Position numbers and translations under genes: made by a program | From: Octopus sinensis | Taxonomy: Eukaryota | Assembly: GCF_006345805.1 (NCBI RefSeq) | Contig: NC_043003.1 | Span: forward strand, 22,940,001-23,004,000 | Reading direction: 5' to 3' | DNA length: 64,000 nucleotides | The notes under the pieces: model-generated | The model's database searches: none | What the model was told of the DNA's origin: nothing | Seen by the model: the letters and a program-made list of their open reading frames with translations, nothing else | In this document: one piece after another, positions 35,050-49,182 of the stretch | Layout: every line of letters starts with the position of its first letter | How positions within the stretch are numbered: the first letter of the stretch is position 1

Positions 35050-35370
35050 ATGACTGACCTTGGGATTGCACCTAGGAAGTTACCTTCCAAGTCCAGGATA
35101 GGTTGTTTTTTTAAGGAAGACCAGCAGTCGCCCATGCATACCGGACTCCCCTCTCCACGCCACCGGTGTTATCCAAGGGAAAGGCAAAGGGGCCGATACA
35201 GCTTGGCACCTGTGACGTCGCAACTCATTTCTAAAGCTGAGTGAACTGGAGCATCGTGAAATAAAGTGTCTTGCTCAAGAACACAACACGCAGCCCGGTC
35301 CAGGATTCGAACTCACTATCTCACGATCGTAGCCTCGACGCTCTAGCCAGTGAGCCATGTACCTACACAT
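35050..35370 (-). mobile_element. tRNA-derived SINE, family D
   Basis: Head TGGCTCACTGGCTAGAG...GTTCGAATCC then TGTTGTGTTCTTGAGCAAGACACTTTA; 3' part also at 54370-54570; relative at 43808-44100. Confidence 0.8.
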
Positions 35371-35769
35371 CAATGTAGTAGTACCTGACAATAAAAGCAA
35401 ATTCCACTTCGATAGTAGCCCAAGGCTTTCATTATTCAAATAAGCATGGTTAACACATTTGTCTATAACTAAATAAAACTTGTAGTTTTGATCTGATAAT
35501 ATTTTCACAAGTATTCTCAAAGAAAATCTTTGTAAATCATTATTTTTACATGAAAACAATTGAATAATGTCGAAGAGAGCGAGCGAGGAACAGATACGAA
35601 GAGCGAGAAATAGAGAGAGAGACATGGAGTATAGATACATATGTTGATAAAAATATATTAAAATAGAAATTTATAAGAATTTTCTACACATATTAAACAT
35701 TAATAATTGCATTCTCCAAGAAATGGTTACATAATTCCCATAATGTAACAAGCAGCTTTCTTTATTATA

Positions 35770-35775
35770 ATGTAG

Positions 35776-35826
<51 letters not shown>

Positions 35827-36120
35827 GCTATTATTATTATCATTGTTGTTGTTGTTGTTATTATTATTATTATTATATTATTATTGCTATTATTATTATC
35901 ATTGTTGTTATTATTATTATTATTATTATTATTGCTATTATCATTATTATTATTGCTATTATTATTATCATTGTTGTTGTTGTTATTATTATTATTATTA
36001 TTATTGCTATTATTATTATCATTGTTGTTGTTGCTGTTGTTGTTGTTGTTATTACTATTATTATTATTGCTATTATTATTATTATTATTATTGCTATTAT
36101 TATTATCATTGTTGTTGTTG

Positions 36121-36151
<31 letters not shown>

Positions 36152-36180
36152 AATTATTATTATTATTATTATTGTTATCG
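35770..36180. repeat. (TTA)n with ~45-50-bp higher-order unit TTGCTATTATTATTATCATTGTTGTT
   Basis: About 6 recurrences. Confidence 0.9.
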
Positions 36181-36725
36181 TTGTTTCTTGCTCTTACAAG
36201 ATGTATTTACATGGATCTCCTGCTTTGTATTTACAATTCGCTAATTTTTTTTTTCCTACAATTGAATTATTACTTCTGTGTTGCATTTCTGCTTGGAAAG
36301 ATGAGAGGTTTTCTTTTGCGTTCTTTTATTGCTTGGAGGGAAAGATATTTTTGAATGCAGTTTCTTTTCCTGGTTTCCATTCATTCAAAAATGACCAGAA
36401 GGCAGAGACAAAGACAATGTCCACCCAAAGATAAAAAATTTCAAAATGAAAACAATCACGCAGAGAAGAAACGAGAATAATGAAAAAAAGTCTAATACAT
36501 TGGCGCTTGTATGAACAATTCTAGTTATCTTTTAGAACAACAACAACAACGAAAACAACAACAAGAATAACGGCAAGAACAGCAAGAGCAGCAACAACAC
36601 TTAAAAAATTTCCCATACAAAATTAGGGGAAAAGATTTAATGACAACCGAAGCACATCTGCTGACATTAATAGAATGCGACAAATTTCGGACATGGAATT
36701 AATCCAGTCAGTAAAAGACGCATAT

Positions 36726-36787
<62 letters not shown>

Positions 36788-37593
36788 TGCAAATACACTC
36801 TTTGGTAATGAATCTAATTCGCTGTGGAATCTTATTTGTTACTGCATCAATTAAAGTATCTGTATTTAATGCTCCCCTCCATGCTCTCAAAGAACATTAA
36901 AAAAAAGCGCAATAAAAATCTATGCAAATTTTCCTAGAATCAATACTTAAAACAGAAATTATTAATAAATGTAATGAATGTGCATGTAAGTCAGTGCATA
37001 TAATAACAACGAGTTAATACTTGTGCATGAAGGTAATAATTTGCACGAAGAAATATACAGATACCAAAATTTAGAAAAAAAAACCATTCAGAGATAATTT
37101 TCAACATGTTTTACAAAGATATAATTGCTAACGAACATTATAATTAATATTTATAAAATAAATATATTATTACATGGAAAATGCCCTTCTCAAAAATCTA
37201 TAAAAAGGTAAAATAATTTCAAATTAATTAATTATTTAATTAAATTCATGGTAAGTTTCAGTCTATGTGATAGGTGAACACTGAGAAATAACATGATTTT
37301 CTTGCGCCCGAATAAATAAATCTAAAATGCAAAGAAAACATTACAAGTTTACAATTGAAAATCATGCAACTTCGTGCTCGTATTTGGCTGACTGTTTATT
37401 CAAAGTAAAGGGCAGAGGGTTGTTATGGGAATAAAGAGCAGTCACTTCTTTGATTTTTAGAACTATATTCAAGATAACAAAGATCATATGGATCGTTTCT
37501 TATTGAAAATGAAGCAACAGTAGTTGAAGGTTTGGGGTTCAGTGTAGATAGCCTTAATCTATTCTTCTGGACAATCCAAATAAACTACAAGAC

Positions 37594-37826
37594 CTATTTC
37601 TTTACTACCCAGAAGGAGCTAAACACAGAGAAGACAAACAAGGACAGACAAACGGTTTAAGTCGATTATATCGACCCCAGTGCGTAACTGGTACATATTT
37701 AATCGACCCCGAAAGGATGAAAGGCAAAGTCGACCTCGGCGGAATTTGAACTCAGAACGTAGCGGCAGACGAAATACTGCTAAGCATTTCGCCCGGCGTA
37801 CTAACGATTCTGCCAGCTCGCCGCTC
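37594..37826 (-). mobile_element. SINE A monomer
   Basis: Match to 53-294. Confidence 0.9.
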
Positions 37827-37869
37827 CACAGCTGACTCAACATCCTCCGAGAGAATCTGGTATGTTCTC

Positions 37870-39320
37870 ACAATGTAGGTGAGATCACACCTGAAGGAAC
37901 ATAGGTATTGCAACGTTTCTCCTGAGATGATTCTTTTTACATTTTCATTCTATCCCTCAGATTTCAGTCCTTGTAGTTAGGATTCAACCACAGTTTGCTG
38001 TAGCTCCTTCCAGTCGAAGATGGAGAGTTCTCTTGCTCGTTTCTCATCTAAATAATTTATGCTCTTTTCATTCAGATTGAAGATCATAGCAATGGCCAAA
38101 CCTACAATGACTTGAGCTAAACGCTCTATTTCAAACGTTTCAAAGTTCATTGAAGAGACAACATCAAATAAAATGCTCTTCAAGAATTGGTAAAGCACTT
38201 AGAAGCTTGTTTGTGTAACATCACTACTGAACGTATAGCATTTGTAATGAAATGGTTTTTATCCAAATCTCTTTCACTATTATATCAGTATATGACGTCA
38301 CTTCAGAAAGGCCATGTGTATAATTGATACATAATTTTAAAGCATGCAATCAGTTTATATTGTACCCAGGCACTTGCTGAGGAGGAATATTAAGGTAAGA
38401 AACACATTTTGATAAAGTCAAAGCATTTTCGCGATTGGCTCATGAAATTGAGAGGGTGTGCTGTAGAAAAAAATGAACGAACATTGAAAGACTCTTTAAT
38501 GGGTACAATGGGTGCAATGGCGCTTCAGTGAACCACGAAAGAAACAGGCTTATCGCAAACCAAACCTTGAAATTGGATGACCATTAAGCACCGAGCATGT
38601 TCTTGTTACATATTTTCTGAAGGCTTTGGAGACTTCTGAGTGTTACATTAGAAGTGGTTTCACTTTCATTTTTCCCGAAGTATTAACGAAAAAAAGTAAT
38701 GCCTTCTTTTCTACATTGGTTTATGTCCAGATAATCTGGTCTGCTCTCCGGAAAAGAAACCAGTGATCTTTCCAAAGGGCCAGTATCATCACAGTTAAAA
38801 GACTCATAAGAACAGAAAATTACTCACCTTCATAAGCACAATTTAATTTTTGTAATAACTGATCTGAGTTGGCAGCCTGGACATCCCTCACAACTCTGAA
38901 CATCTGAAAGCTTTTCTCGAACGACATTTAGTGACACAATTTGTTGCTTCCAAATTCCACTCGTTTTCCATCACTTGTAATAGAAGAATCTCTCTCAAAC
39001 CATTCGTAAATATGCATAGTTTTCATCGGAAATAAGTGGTCTTCCCGCTGGATTTAGCCACATTAAAACGAGATTTTTCAGTTCACCCGTGTGTCTTGCA
39101 TGAGTGCCATTGGCCCTGCATAAGTCTGCCACCATCATCGCACATTTTAGCTCATTCCTGTCCTTCAAAACGTTACAAATTTTAGTCCTAACTAATTCAT
39201 AGTCCGCACTAAGTTTACATTAACTGATGCCAGATTCTCTCCAAGGAATAACTCTTTTTCAAACTTTATTCTTATTTCTTTGGCAACGTTTTTCACGGGC
39301 GTTCATTTCAGCATAGGAAA
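37870..39320 (-). mobile_element. Tigger/pogo transposase fossil
   Basis: HTH-like ESGIS.CKLSADYELVRTKICNVLKDRNELK; FNCDDTG (FNxDETG) near 38779-38799; VNTSGKMKVKPLLM*HSE; many stops and frameshifts. Confidence 0.88.
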
Positions 39321-39517
39321 TACTTTTATAATAAAAATATGAATATATATCAGCGCTCATCTTTCTTTGAAAAAATTCGACCGGTTCAAATGAATAAAAA
39401 TATAAACAATGCTACAAGTTTGAGGCAACATGTATGGTGGACAAAAGGTCACGTGTGGTAGACAGAAAGTCACGTGTGGTAGACATAGTGACGTATTGTT
39501 GCATTTAGTTTTATGTA

Positions 39518-40566
39518 TTGTGTTGGCAACTAAGTTCCCGTCGTTGTTTTTAAATTTTGAAATTTGTTGCGTAGTTAAATTTTGGAATTTATTTTTTTCG
39601 AGAATTCTATTTTTGAATCATATTGGAATCTATTTTATTTTTTCTTCTAGTTAATTTTAGTTAATTTTTGTTTATTTTCAGATCATTAAAATGGAATGTG
39701 AAGTTAAGAAAAACGAACATTTTCGACACCTCCTTCTTTTTGCCTTTAATCAAGGTTCTAAGGCCGCAAAAGCTGATCGTAACATTTGTGCTGTGTATGG
39801 AGAGGGTGCCATAACTGAAAGAACTGCTCGTGATTGGTATGCTAAGTTCAAAAAGGGAAATTTTGACTTCAAAGACGCACCTCTTTCTGGCCGTCCAGTT
39901 GAGTTCAATGAAGAGCGATTGAACCAACTTTTGCACGAAAATTCTCGTCAAACGACAAAGAAACTAGCAGAGGAAATGGAATGCACCCACACTGCTATAG
40001 AGAAGCATCTTCACTGGATGGGAAAGGTTCAGAAGTATGAAGCATGGATTCCGCATGCTTTAAATGACAACAAAAAAATCAACGAGCCACAATTTCCGCT
40101 AGTATCCTTGCTCCAAACGGTCAATGCGGAACTCTATGTTAAACAGATGGAACGACTCAACGCGGCTATTCAAGAGAAAAGACCTAATCTTCAGCATGGA
40201 GTTCTTCTGCTGCAAGACAACGCTCACCCTCATATCTCCAATATAAGTAAGGAAGCCATTCAAACGCATGGCTGGGAAGTGCTGCTACACCCGCCGTACT
40301 CTCCTGATTTGGTACTAATGGATTTCCACCTCTTTCGATCTCTTTCAAATGTTATGCGCGGAGTTTCGTTCAATACAGATGCAGAATTGAGAGCTTGGTT
40401 GGATCAATTTTTCGAGTCGAAATCGGGTGATTTCTACCGACGAGGTATTGAAAATCTTGTTGAACGTTGGGAAGAAGTTGTAAACAATAATGGTGAATAC
40501 ATTATTGATTAATTAGTTGTTACATTCTTTTTATTAAACTTTTAAACACCTAAGTTGCCAACCTAA
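39518..40566 (+). mobile_element. Mariner element, internally deleted (1049 bp)
   Basis: TA-flanked TIRs TT(GT/AG)GTTGGCAACT; transposase ORF inside. Confidence 0.95.
39691..40512 (+). CDS. Truncated mariner transposase, 273 aa (both HTH, WIPHAL, DNA and YSPDL motifs; first catalytic Asp missing)
   Basis: ORF track; TGDEKW region absent; expression unknown. Confidence 0.8.
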   Translation: MECEVKKNEHFRHLLLFAFNQGSKAAKADRNICAVYGEGAITERTARDWYAKFKKGNFDFKDAPLSGRPVEFNEERLNQLLHENSRQTTKKLAEEMECTHTAIEKHLHWMGKVQKYEAWIPHALNDNKKINEPQFPLVSLLQTVNAELYVKQMERLNAAIQEKRPNLQHGVLLLQDNAHPHISNISKEAIQTHGWEVLLHPPYSPDLVLMDFHLFRSLSNVMRGVSFNTDAELRAWLDQFFESKSGDFYRRGIENLVERWEEVVNNNGEYIID

Positions 40567-42101
40567 TACTTTTGGTTTTTCTTGATACATATCCCTAGAG
40601 GTTGGATGTGAGCAAAAGGAAATAATTCATCATTACATTTAAGACATCGAAACAAACATTCTTTATCTTACTTTTTAACTTGTATTTTGTATGGAAGTCA
40701 AAAGTATTCGTTGCCGCGATTTTCGTTACCACAGACGTTGGTTACCAAAGAATCTAGTTTGACAAGTCTGCTAAACATAGCCTTTAAATCTTCTTCAAAA
40801 TGACTGTTATATAAAAAGGAAGGACACTTTGTAAAATGTAGTTCTAAGTGGTGAATTGCAGATCTGTTAGATCGTCGTGGAAAATATCTCACGGTATTTG
40901 TTCCAACTATCTGTGCTCCGAGTTCAAATCCCATCAACATCAATTTTGATTTTCATCCTTTCGGAGTCGATCAAAAAATTGTCAATGCATGTTAGTGGAT
41001 CGGGGAAGTGTAAGAACTTCCTACTGGTTGCTTTGAGGTAGTTGGTCTACTTCTTTGCGTTCTGAGTCCAAATCACATCAAGGTTGAATTGGATTAGTAA
41101 ACTTAATCTGTAGCCAGGTTGAATTTCACCATCTAGCTCCTCGAGTGCCATTTACGGAATTGGCTGTGTAGCAAGCATTCAAGCCAGTACTACTGTGTGA
41201 GGATACAACTCTTTCCTCATCCTATGAGTTTCGTGGGCCCTATAATTGATCATGAGCACCGCCTTCTCTTCCCTCCTAAATTGAAGATAAAAATATAACA
41301 TCATTCAATATATGAGTCAGGAGCAAACCAACAACAACATCTACAATAATGGCTTCAAAATTCAAGAATGGCAATTTTTTTTGGGAGAGGGTAGTGTCAG
41401 GGAATATATTTAGCTTCGGTCAGCTCATTATTTTCTCATCTTCATATTTTGATTTCAAATCTTCCAAAAATATCGATTTATCCATAAATCGAGATGCTAT
41501 ATCGATTAATGCACAGGCATGGAAGTGTCGATATTTTCCGGTATAACTGCAATTATACTGATTCAATGTATTATTTCCTATATTATATAATAATAACAAT
41601 CCAGCAATAAACTTCTGGTAGGATATCAATGAAACAATTGTAGAATTATGCAATAAAACGAGTTGCTCATTCCATTCTCCTTGCTAATGTTTACGTACTT
41701 ACATGTTTACACACAAACACACTCGCACACACACACACTCATATATAAAGTTTGAAACGAATTCAGTTAATTATATCGAACAATCAGACACCAATAAATG
41801 CAAATAGAATACACATCCAAGGTAATTCCTCATGTATAACAAGTAGATCCAAATATCATTTAGAAGAATTTCGAGAAATTCCGAGTATTATACAAGGATT
41901 ACCTTGAAAACATTGTGTTAACATATATTTTTCGGCAATATTAATTTCAATGATATTTTCTATATCTAAATATGTTCACTCAACAGAAACAATTTTCGGT
42001 TTTGCATGGCGAATTCTACAATTAAGGATGCGATTTTTTTCTCTGCGTATTTTTGATGTGTGTGTATGTGTGAGCATGCGCGCGTGTATATATATATATA
42101 T

Positions 42102-42176
<75 letters not shown>

Positions 42177-42184
42177 TATATAAT

Positions 42185-42374
42185 ATACAGTCGCCATGAT
42201 AGATCGTTAGCCACTACACACATTTTTCTCTCCTTGTTTTTTCTGTGCCCTTTCTGTAGAAGAGCGTAGGCTCGAAACGTAAAAATACTTTTTCTATTCT
42301 TAGGCGTTATACTATACATCTGTTTGTTTGTGTACACCCCCTGTCTTCGACTTTTGTCTTTTTTTGTAAACTCT

Positions 42375-42385
<11 letters not shown>
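42185..42385 (+). mobile_element. Probable Penelope-like terminal repeat, family 2
   Basis: CTGTAGA-A-GAGC(GTAG)GCTC-GAAA-CGTA at 42254-42281; ends in (TA)n. Confidence 0.55.
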
Positions 42386-42447
<62 letters not shown>

Positions 42448-42840
42448 GTTTATCTGTCGTATAATGGGTAAATTTGGTGGTATATCCATTGCCACTGCAT
42501 AATACAATATTTATGACTTAATTTTAATCAAATTTATGTTGACAGAAAATGATGGAACGAATACTGATTTCCAAAAGCACAATATTTATTCCCTTCAAAT
42601 ATATTTACATAAATATATTTCTCATTCAAACAACACCATCCATAACTATCCTCCTCCTCCTCCTCCTCCTCCTCTTCTGTTATTCTTTCTGTCCCACTGT
42701 GCGTGGCGGCTACCAATCCTAATATGTGCGCTCTTACAGCGCTTGTGTTAACTCTCTCTCTGATACTCTCGTTTCTCGCTTATCCCCTTGGTTCTATACA
42801 ACAGTGAATTCCACATGTTTTTCTCTACCAGTATTTTTGC

Positions 42841-42883
<43 letters not shown>

Positions 42884-43499
42884 TAGAAATCAACCAACCA
42901 ACTTTTATACTGTGGAAAGGATAGTATGGAGGAGTTGCGCCCGTTAGAGTGGGAATTAACAATCGTTGGAGTGGTTAATTTGACGGGGAAAGGTTAAAAT
43001 TTGTGAGTCTGTTTGCTTCATCCGGATAGGACGGTGCTCACAACACTCATCTCCCGTCTTTCTAAAGTGTCCTTTTCTCGTTTTCTTTATTCATGTATTT
43101 TTCTCTCCTTCGTTTTCGTTTTTTTTTTTCCTCAGAGAGAGAAGCCATGTTGCATTTTGGGCGTGAATGATTACAGAATTGTATATATGATTCGCTATAC
43201 AAATTCATCCGACTACTGCTCTATCAGAGTTTGAAATTTATAGGAACTCACAATTTAAATCCTGTGTTTATTAAATTAGATTTATTCTCTTATATGATGA
43301 AGTACTTTATTGTTGATCCCATCAATATCAGAACAGTTAGACATTTATTATGAAAACACTTAGTGTTATATTCGATGTTACAGCACAACACATTTGCCAA
43401 TGGACTTCATATTCCATAAATCAACAGTTAATAAAAGAGAGTGATTTATTAAAGTATGTTTTAATTCCGTGATACCTGAGTGAGGACGCATGGCCTTCT

Positions 43500-43805
43500 G
43501 TTTTTTTGTTCCTTCTCGAGCCACGCCAGGCTCATAACGGCCGGTTTACCGGTTTCCTTGACGTATAGGTTCCCCACCTGGACGGGACGCTGGTCCGTCG
43601 CCGGTGAGCTGCAAGATGCAGGAGAAAGGAGTGAGAGAAAGTTGTGGTGAAAGAGTCAGCAGAAGTTCGCCATTACCTTCTGCTGGAGCCGCGTGAAGCT
43701 TAGGTGTTTCACTCATAAACACACACATCGTCCGGTCTGAGATTCGAACCCGCGATCCCTCGACCACGAGGTCGCTGCTCTAACCACTAGGCCATGTGCC
43801 TCCAC
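43500..43805 (-). mobile_element. SINE C, tail beta
   Basis: Reverse-complement match to 5526-5826. Confidence 0.88.
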
Positions 43806-43807
43806 CA

Positions 43808-44100
43808 TGGCCTTATGGTTAAGGTGTTGCACTTACGGCCGCGAGATCGTGGATTCACTTCCTAGATCGAGTGATACATTGTGTTCTTGAGCACAACACT
43901 TCATTTTACGTTGCTCTCCGATCGCTTCGACACCTGTCGCGTCGTACACCGTAACCCAGTTCCGGCAACATCGATTTGCTGAAGAGCAGTGAGCTTACGT
44001 CCAGTACATACACTTGACCCCTATAAACAAATAATTTGTGAAGGTCATTCGGCAACAAAGCTGAACACTCGTACATAGTCTTCGATGGGAGTGTCCATTA
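43808..44100 (+). mobile_element. tRNA-derived SINE, D-related
   Basis: TGGCCTTATGGTTAAGG head followed by TTGTGTTCTTGAGCACAACACTT. Confidence 0.65.
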
Positions 44101-44382
44101 TTGCAGTGAGACCAAACTGAATAAATGTCAAGAATCTTTAGTTAGTATGCATAATTTTGCTCTGTAGTGTTTATAAAAGATAAGATTGTTTGGGTGAAGG
44201 ATTATAAATATACACTTATTCAGAATAAATGAATTTGTATGGCCTGTGGCGAGTTATGTAAAGAGATCGACAGACAAATTGCCGAATCTGTACATTCAAA
44301 TCTCAAGATAAACAGCAGAAACTTTAGTAACACACATACGTATAAACATATATACTTACATACGAGCGTACACACACACACA

Positions 44383-44426
<44 letters not shown>

Positions 44427-44573
44427 ACAGATATATACATGTCTATACATATATGGTTATACATATATATATATATTTATATACATATATCTGTTTCTCT
44501 CTTTCTCCCTCTCTCTCTCTCTCTTCCTCTCTGCCTCTATCTGGCTGTCTGTCTCTTTCTCTCTCTCTCTCTG

Positions 44574-44632
<59 letters not shown>

Positions 44633-45318
44633 CACTAAAGTTTGGTGAGTGTCTGATAAGGCGCCAGTATGCGGCATTCAACCGTGAGTAAATCTATGCA
44701 CATTTTATGCAATTCATCACACACAGCTACACACAGACACAGACACACACACACTATCTATCTACATACACACACACACATACACACACACATACACACA
44801 CACACACAAATACACACAATCTATCTACCTACGCACACACACACATACATACACACACAAAAACACCTACACACATTACAATGCAGTGCATGTTTTAATC
44901 AAGCGCAAGTTCTGAGGTAGAAACAACATGAAAGTCGGACAGACGTCGTTTTCAGATGATCAGCTTGTTAATAGTAACATATTTAACAGTTACAAAATGA
45001 AAAGCAGTTCAGAGCGCTTGTATGTAATCTCAATTGCATATTATCAATACTGTGACCAATTTTGATACTTACATCAAATGCAATTCAACGTGAAGTTAAA
45101 GAAATGAAAAGATTATCGTTGTTAGAATCATACACACCTATTTTTTCAGATGAAGACATCATTTGAATGTGATTATGTACAGATGCATGCGTATATATAT
45201 ATGTATATGTATGTCTTATATGTGTGTGTGTGTGTGTCTATGTGTACGTGCATGTCTGTGTGTGCGTGTGTGTGCCTCTGTACCAGAGTGTGTATGTATA
45301 TTTGTGAATTTATATGTA

Positions 45319-45537
45319 CAGTAATACCTCGACTATCGCGGGTGTTACGTTCCAAAACCACCCTAATATAACTGAAAATCTGCGAAGTAGAAAAAGTACT
45401 GTATATCTTTTTAAATTATTTTTATAATTTGTATATATTTATTTTATTATAAATGCAATACAACACCACGGAGGAATCGACGTAAGCCTAAATAATAACC
45501 CGCGATAGGTGAACCGCGATATGGCGAGGGATTGTTG
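45319..45537. mobile_element. Tigger/pogo-type MITE (219 bp)
   Basis: TA TSD; imperfect TIRs CAGTAATACCTCGACTATCGCGG / CCGCGATATGGCGAGGGATTGTTG. Confidence 0.8.
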
Positions 45538-45696
45538 TAATTCTAATTCTAATTCGTTTTTCACTTCCCATTATTGGTACGTGTACTTGGAACATTCAAC
45601 ATATCAACAAAAAATATCTTCAGCAATATAAGTATTTCACATTACGTGTGAATTAAGTACGTTCCCAACTTGTTTGCAAATACAAGAGATTGTCAA

Positions 45697-45748
<52 letters not shown>

Positions 45749-45887
45749 ATTTTTTTCTTTCACTTTTACGATCCCTTTTGATCGAAAACCTACCCCACAT
45801 TTTTTTTTCTTTTCTCCCCATAAAGAAAAGCTCTACTTTGTAATCTGTCCCGTCTGTGTGCAGCCCTGTGTGGCTAATAAAGAAACA

Positions 45888-45956
<69 letters not shown>

Positions 45957-45961
<5 letters not shown>

Positions 45962-46061
45962 GGCTTACAAAGAATAAGTCCTGGGGTCGATTTGCTCGAC
46001 TAAAGGCGGTGCTCCATCATGGCAACAATCAAATGACTGAAACAAGCAAAAGAGTAAGAGT

Positions 46062-46140
<79 letters not shown>

Positions 46141-46270
46141 GTGTGTATGTGTGTTTCTTCCCACCACTGCCTGAAAACCAGTGATCGTGTCTTTACCTCT
46201 CGCATTCACCTAGCGGTTTTGCAAAAGAGACCGATAGCATAAGTACTAGGCATTAAAAAGTATTTATTGG
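45957..46270 (+). mobile_element. SINE B fragments (tail piece before a middle piece)
   Basis: Family B matches at 45957-46060 and 46150-46262. Confidence 0.75.
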
Positions 46271-46420
46271 GGTCGGTTCGGTTCTCGAAAATCCTTCACA
46301 GCTTTGCTCCAGTATAGTGGCAGTCTGATGGCAGACAAGGAAAAGAATAAAGAATAAAATAATGTGTGTGTGTGTGTGCGTGCTTGTGTGTTTGTGTGTA
46401 TCTACATATGTATCTACAGG

Positions 46421-46512
<92 letters not shown>

Positions 46513-47049
46513 AATAGATAGATATGCATATTTATACACACTCATATTTATATATATATATATATATATTCATATATGTACGTCTATATTTATATATGTA
46601 TGTATTTATATATGTATGTATGCGTGAATATACGTATGGACATATATTCAATTTGGCGATGTATTATGCTCAGATTCAAAAACAGATAACTGCACTTGAC
46701 ACAATATCAACCTTTGGGTATTGAATATTAAATAGTGTGTTTTCAATTGTAAACCTTTTATGCTGCTTTAACAGAACTCTACCCGAATAAATTCTATAAA
46801 AACTTTGGCAAGCATTGACGTGAAAAAGTAAAGATTTCTCTACGGATTCAATGTTGTTGTGCTGGATAAAGGAAATATAAAAAATGGAAAATATGCTCTC
46901 TTTTCCATTTTTGAAAACAATAAAACAATCTGTTTCTCCTACGTTGTAGTTTCGTTCCACTTTGCTACCTTTTTATGACATCTAGAGAGCTAGTCTCCGT
47001 GCCTTTCTTTCACACACTCTCTCGGTCTTTGTGTGTGTGAGAGTGCGTG

Positions 47050-47250
<201 letters not shown>

Positions 47251-48279
47251 CATACATACATATATATATATATATATGTATGTACATATATATGTGTGTG
47301 TGGGTTGGTGGCTGTGTATGTTTGCGTGAGATGATGTTTATAAATATGCATATATGTATACAAATGTTTTGGCTAGGAATGTTTATGAATACGCTGTCAA
47401 GGAATATTGCACCGTAGACATTATTCACAATTCTAACCAGTGCGAGTTTTATTGCTAGTTTTGCTTGACTTCTTTGATCTTCCCTTGATATTAAAATCAT
47501 ACACATATATTTTTATTAATTCAGAAAAGTTTCAGTGTTGCATTATTTCATTTTCATTTCATAATAGCAGCCATTCTTCAAAAAGAAAGGAAACGAAAAA
47601 TCTCTTGGAAGCTAGTTGCATTTGATATTGAATCTCTGACGGATCTTCTATGTTTTGTTAATCGAAAATTCTGAAGACTGTGAGAAATACTTTGGAATAA
47701 ATAATCAAAATATATTAATCATAGAACGAAAAAAAATAAAGGCCCCCAAAACCATTGCAAAAATGTTTTTGAATTTGAAAAATAATTCTATTTAATATCC
47801 AATAGCTAACGGTAGACACTGACGGTTCCGTTACGTATTCTGAGATTGGTGTGTGATATTTTGTGTTCATTTTCATTTTCTATCACATTAATTCCTATTA
47901 TAGAAGCAACGAACGTTACATCATTTTCTGACATCTACAAAAATTCCTCAGGCTTTTTGTCTAAAAGAAAAGTCATTATTTTATGCCATATCCTATTTTC
48001 GACTGATTTATAACCCGACACACTGTGATTACGTACGAAAGCATATACCCACGTCCATGTATATACATACTTACATACATACATATATATATTGCTGCAT
48101 ATGTGTGTGTGTGCGTGTTAACAATTTCCAGCAAGATAGGCGAGTAATATATCAGATATACTGGCAAACGATAAAGAAACTGAACTATTTCTCGATTACC
48201 TATAATGTTTCTTTGAGGACATGATTATATTCTCAAAAGGCTTTCAATTCATTTCTCTCACCACCCACCCATACACACA

Positions 48280-48355
<76 letters not shown>

Positions 48356-48417
48356 TTCAAACACACAGACACGGACATATATGCATATATATATGTAACA
48401 AAGATTTATGTACATAC

Positions 48418-48800
48418 AGGCGCAGGAGTGACTGTGTGGTAAGTAACTTACTTACCAACCACATGGTTCCGGGTTTAGTCTCATTGCATGGCACCTTGGG
48501 CAAGTGTCGACCAAAACCTCGTGTGTGGATTTGGTAGATGGATATTGAAAGAAGCTCGTCGTATAAATGTGTGTAAATATATATATATATATATACATAT
48601 ATATATGTATGTGTGTGTATATGTTTTTGTGTCTGTGTTTGTCCCCCCCCTCAAGATCGCTTGACAACCGATGGTGGTGTGTTTACGTCCCCGTAACTTA
48701 GGCTTACAAAGAATATGTCCCGGGGGCGATTTGCTCGACTAAAAGCTGTGCTCCAGCATCGTCACAGTCAAATGACAGAAACAAGTAAAAGAGTGAAGGA
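48418..48800 (+). mobile_element. SINE B
   Basis: Full-length with small deletions. Confidence 0.88.
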
Positions 48801-48913
48801 GAGTAAAGCGTAATACCCACACACTCACACACACACGTGGCTGGCACGCACATACACATACGCAATTATACGGACACACGGACGCAAACACAGATTCATA
48901 CACGCAGACGCAT

Positions 48914-48952
<39 letters not shown>

Positions 48953-49023
48953 AATGCAAACACACACGCACGCATATGTCATACGTTATGATATAAAATA
49001 TTGACAAAATTTCTTTTTATCAG

Positions 49024-49182
49024 AAAGGAAATGCCCTTGGTTGGGCTGTTTAAGATTGTCGCTATTGTTCATGTGACGCACCCTTCTGATCGTAATACAT
49101 CCACGTCTGCTGGCTACATTACCATCCTCCGCTGCCTGACTACAACTATTGTCAAATCCCCTTCCGATTTCAGGAAGCAACA
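49024..49182 (+). CDS. Candidate internal exon (159 nt, phase 2-2), product unknown
   Basis: TTTCTTTTTATCAG acceptor, ACA|GTAAGA donor, only one open frame (KEMPLVGLFKIVAIVHVTHPSDRN...). Confidence 0.3.

Noticed and set aside
41420-41560. Second cadherin-like piece (VIPENIDTSMPV)
   Set aside because: 12 residues followed by stops, within chance expectation
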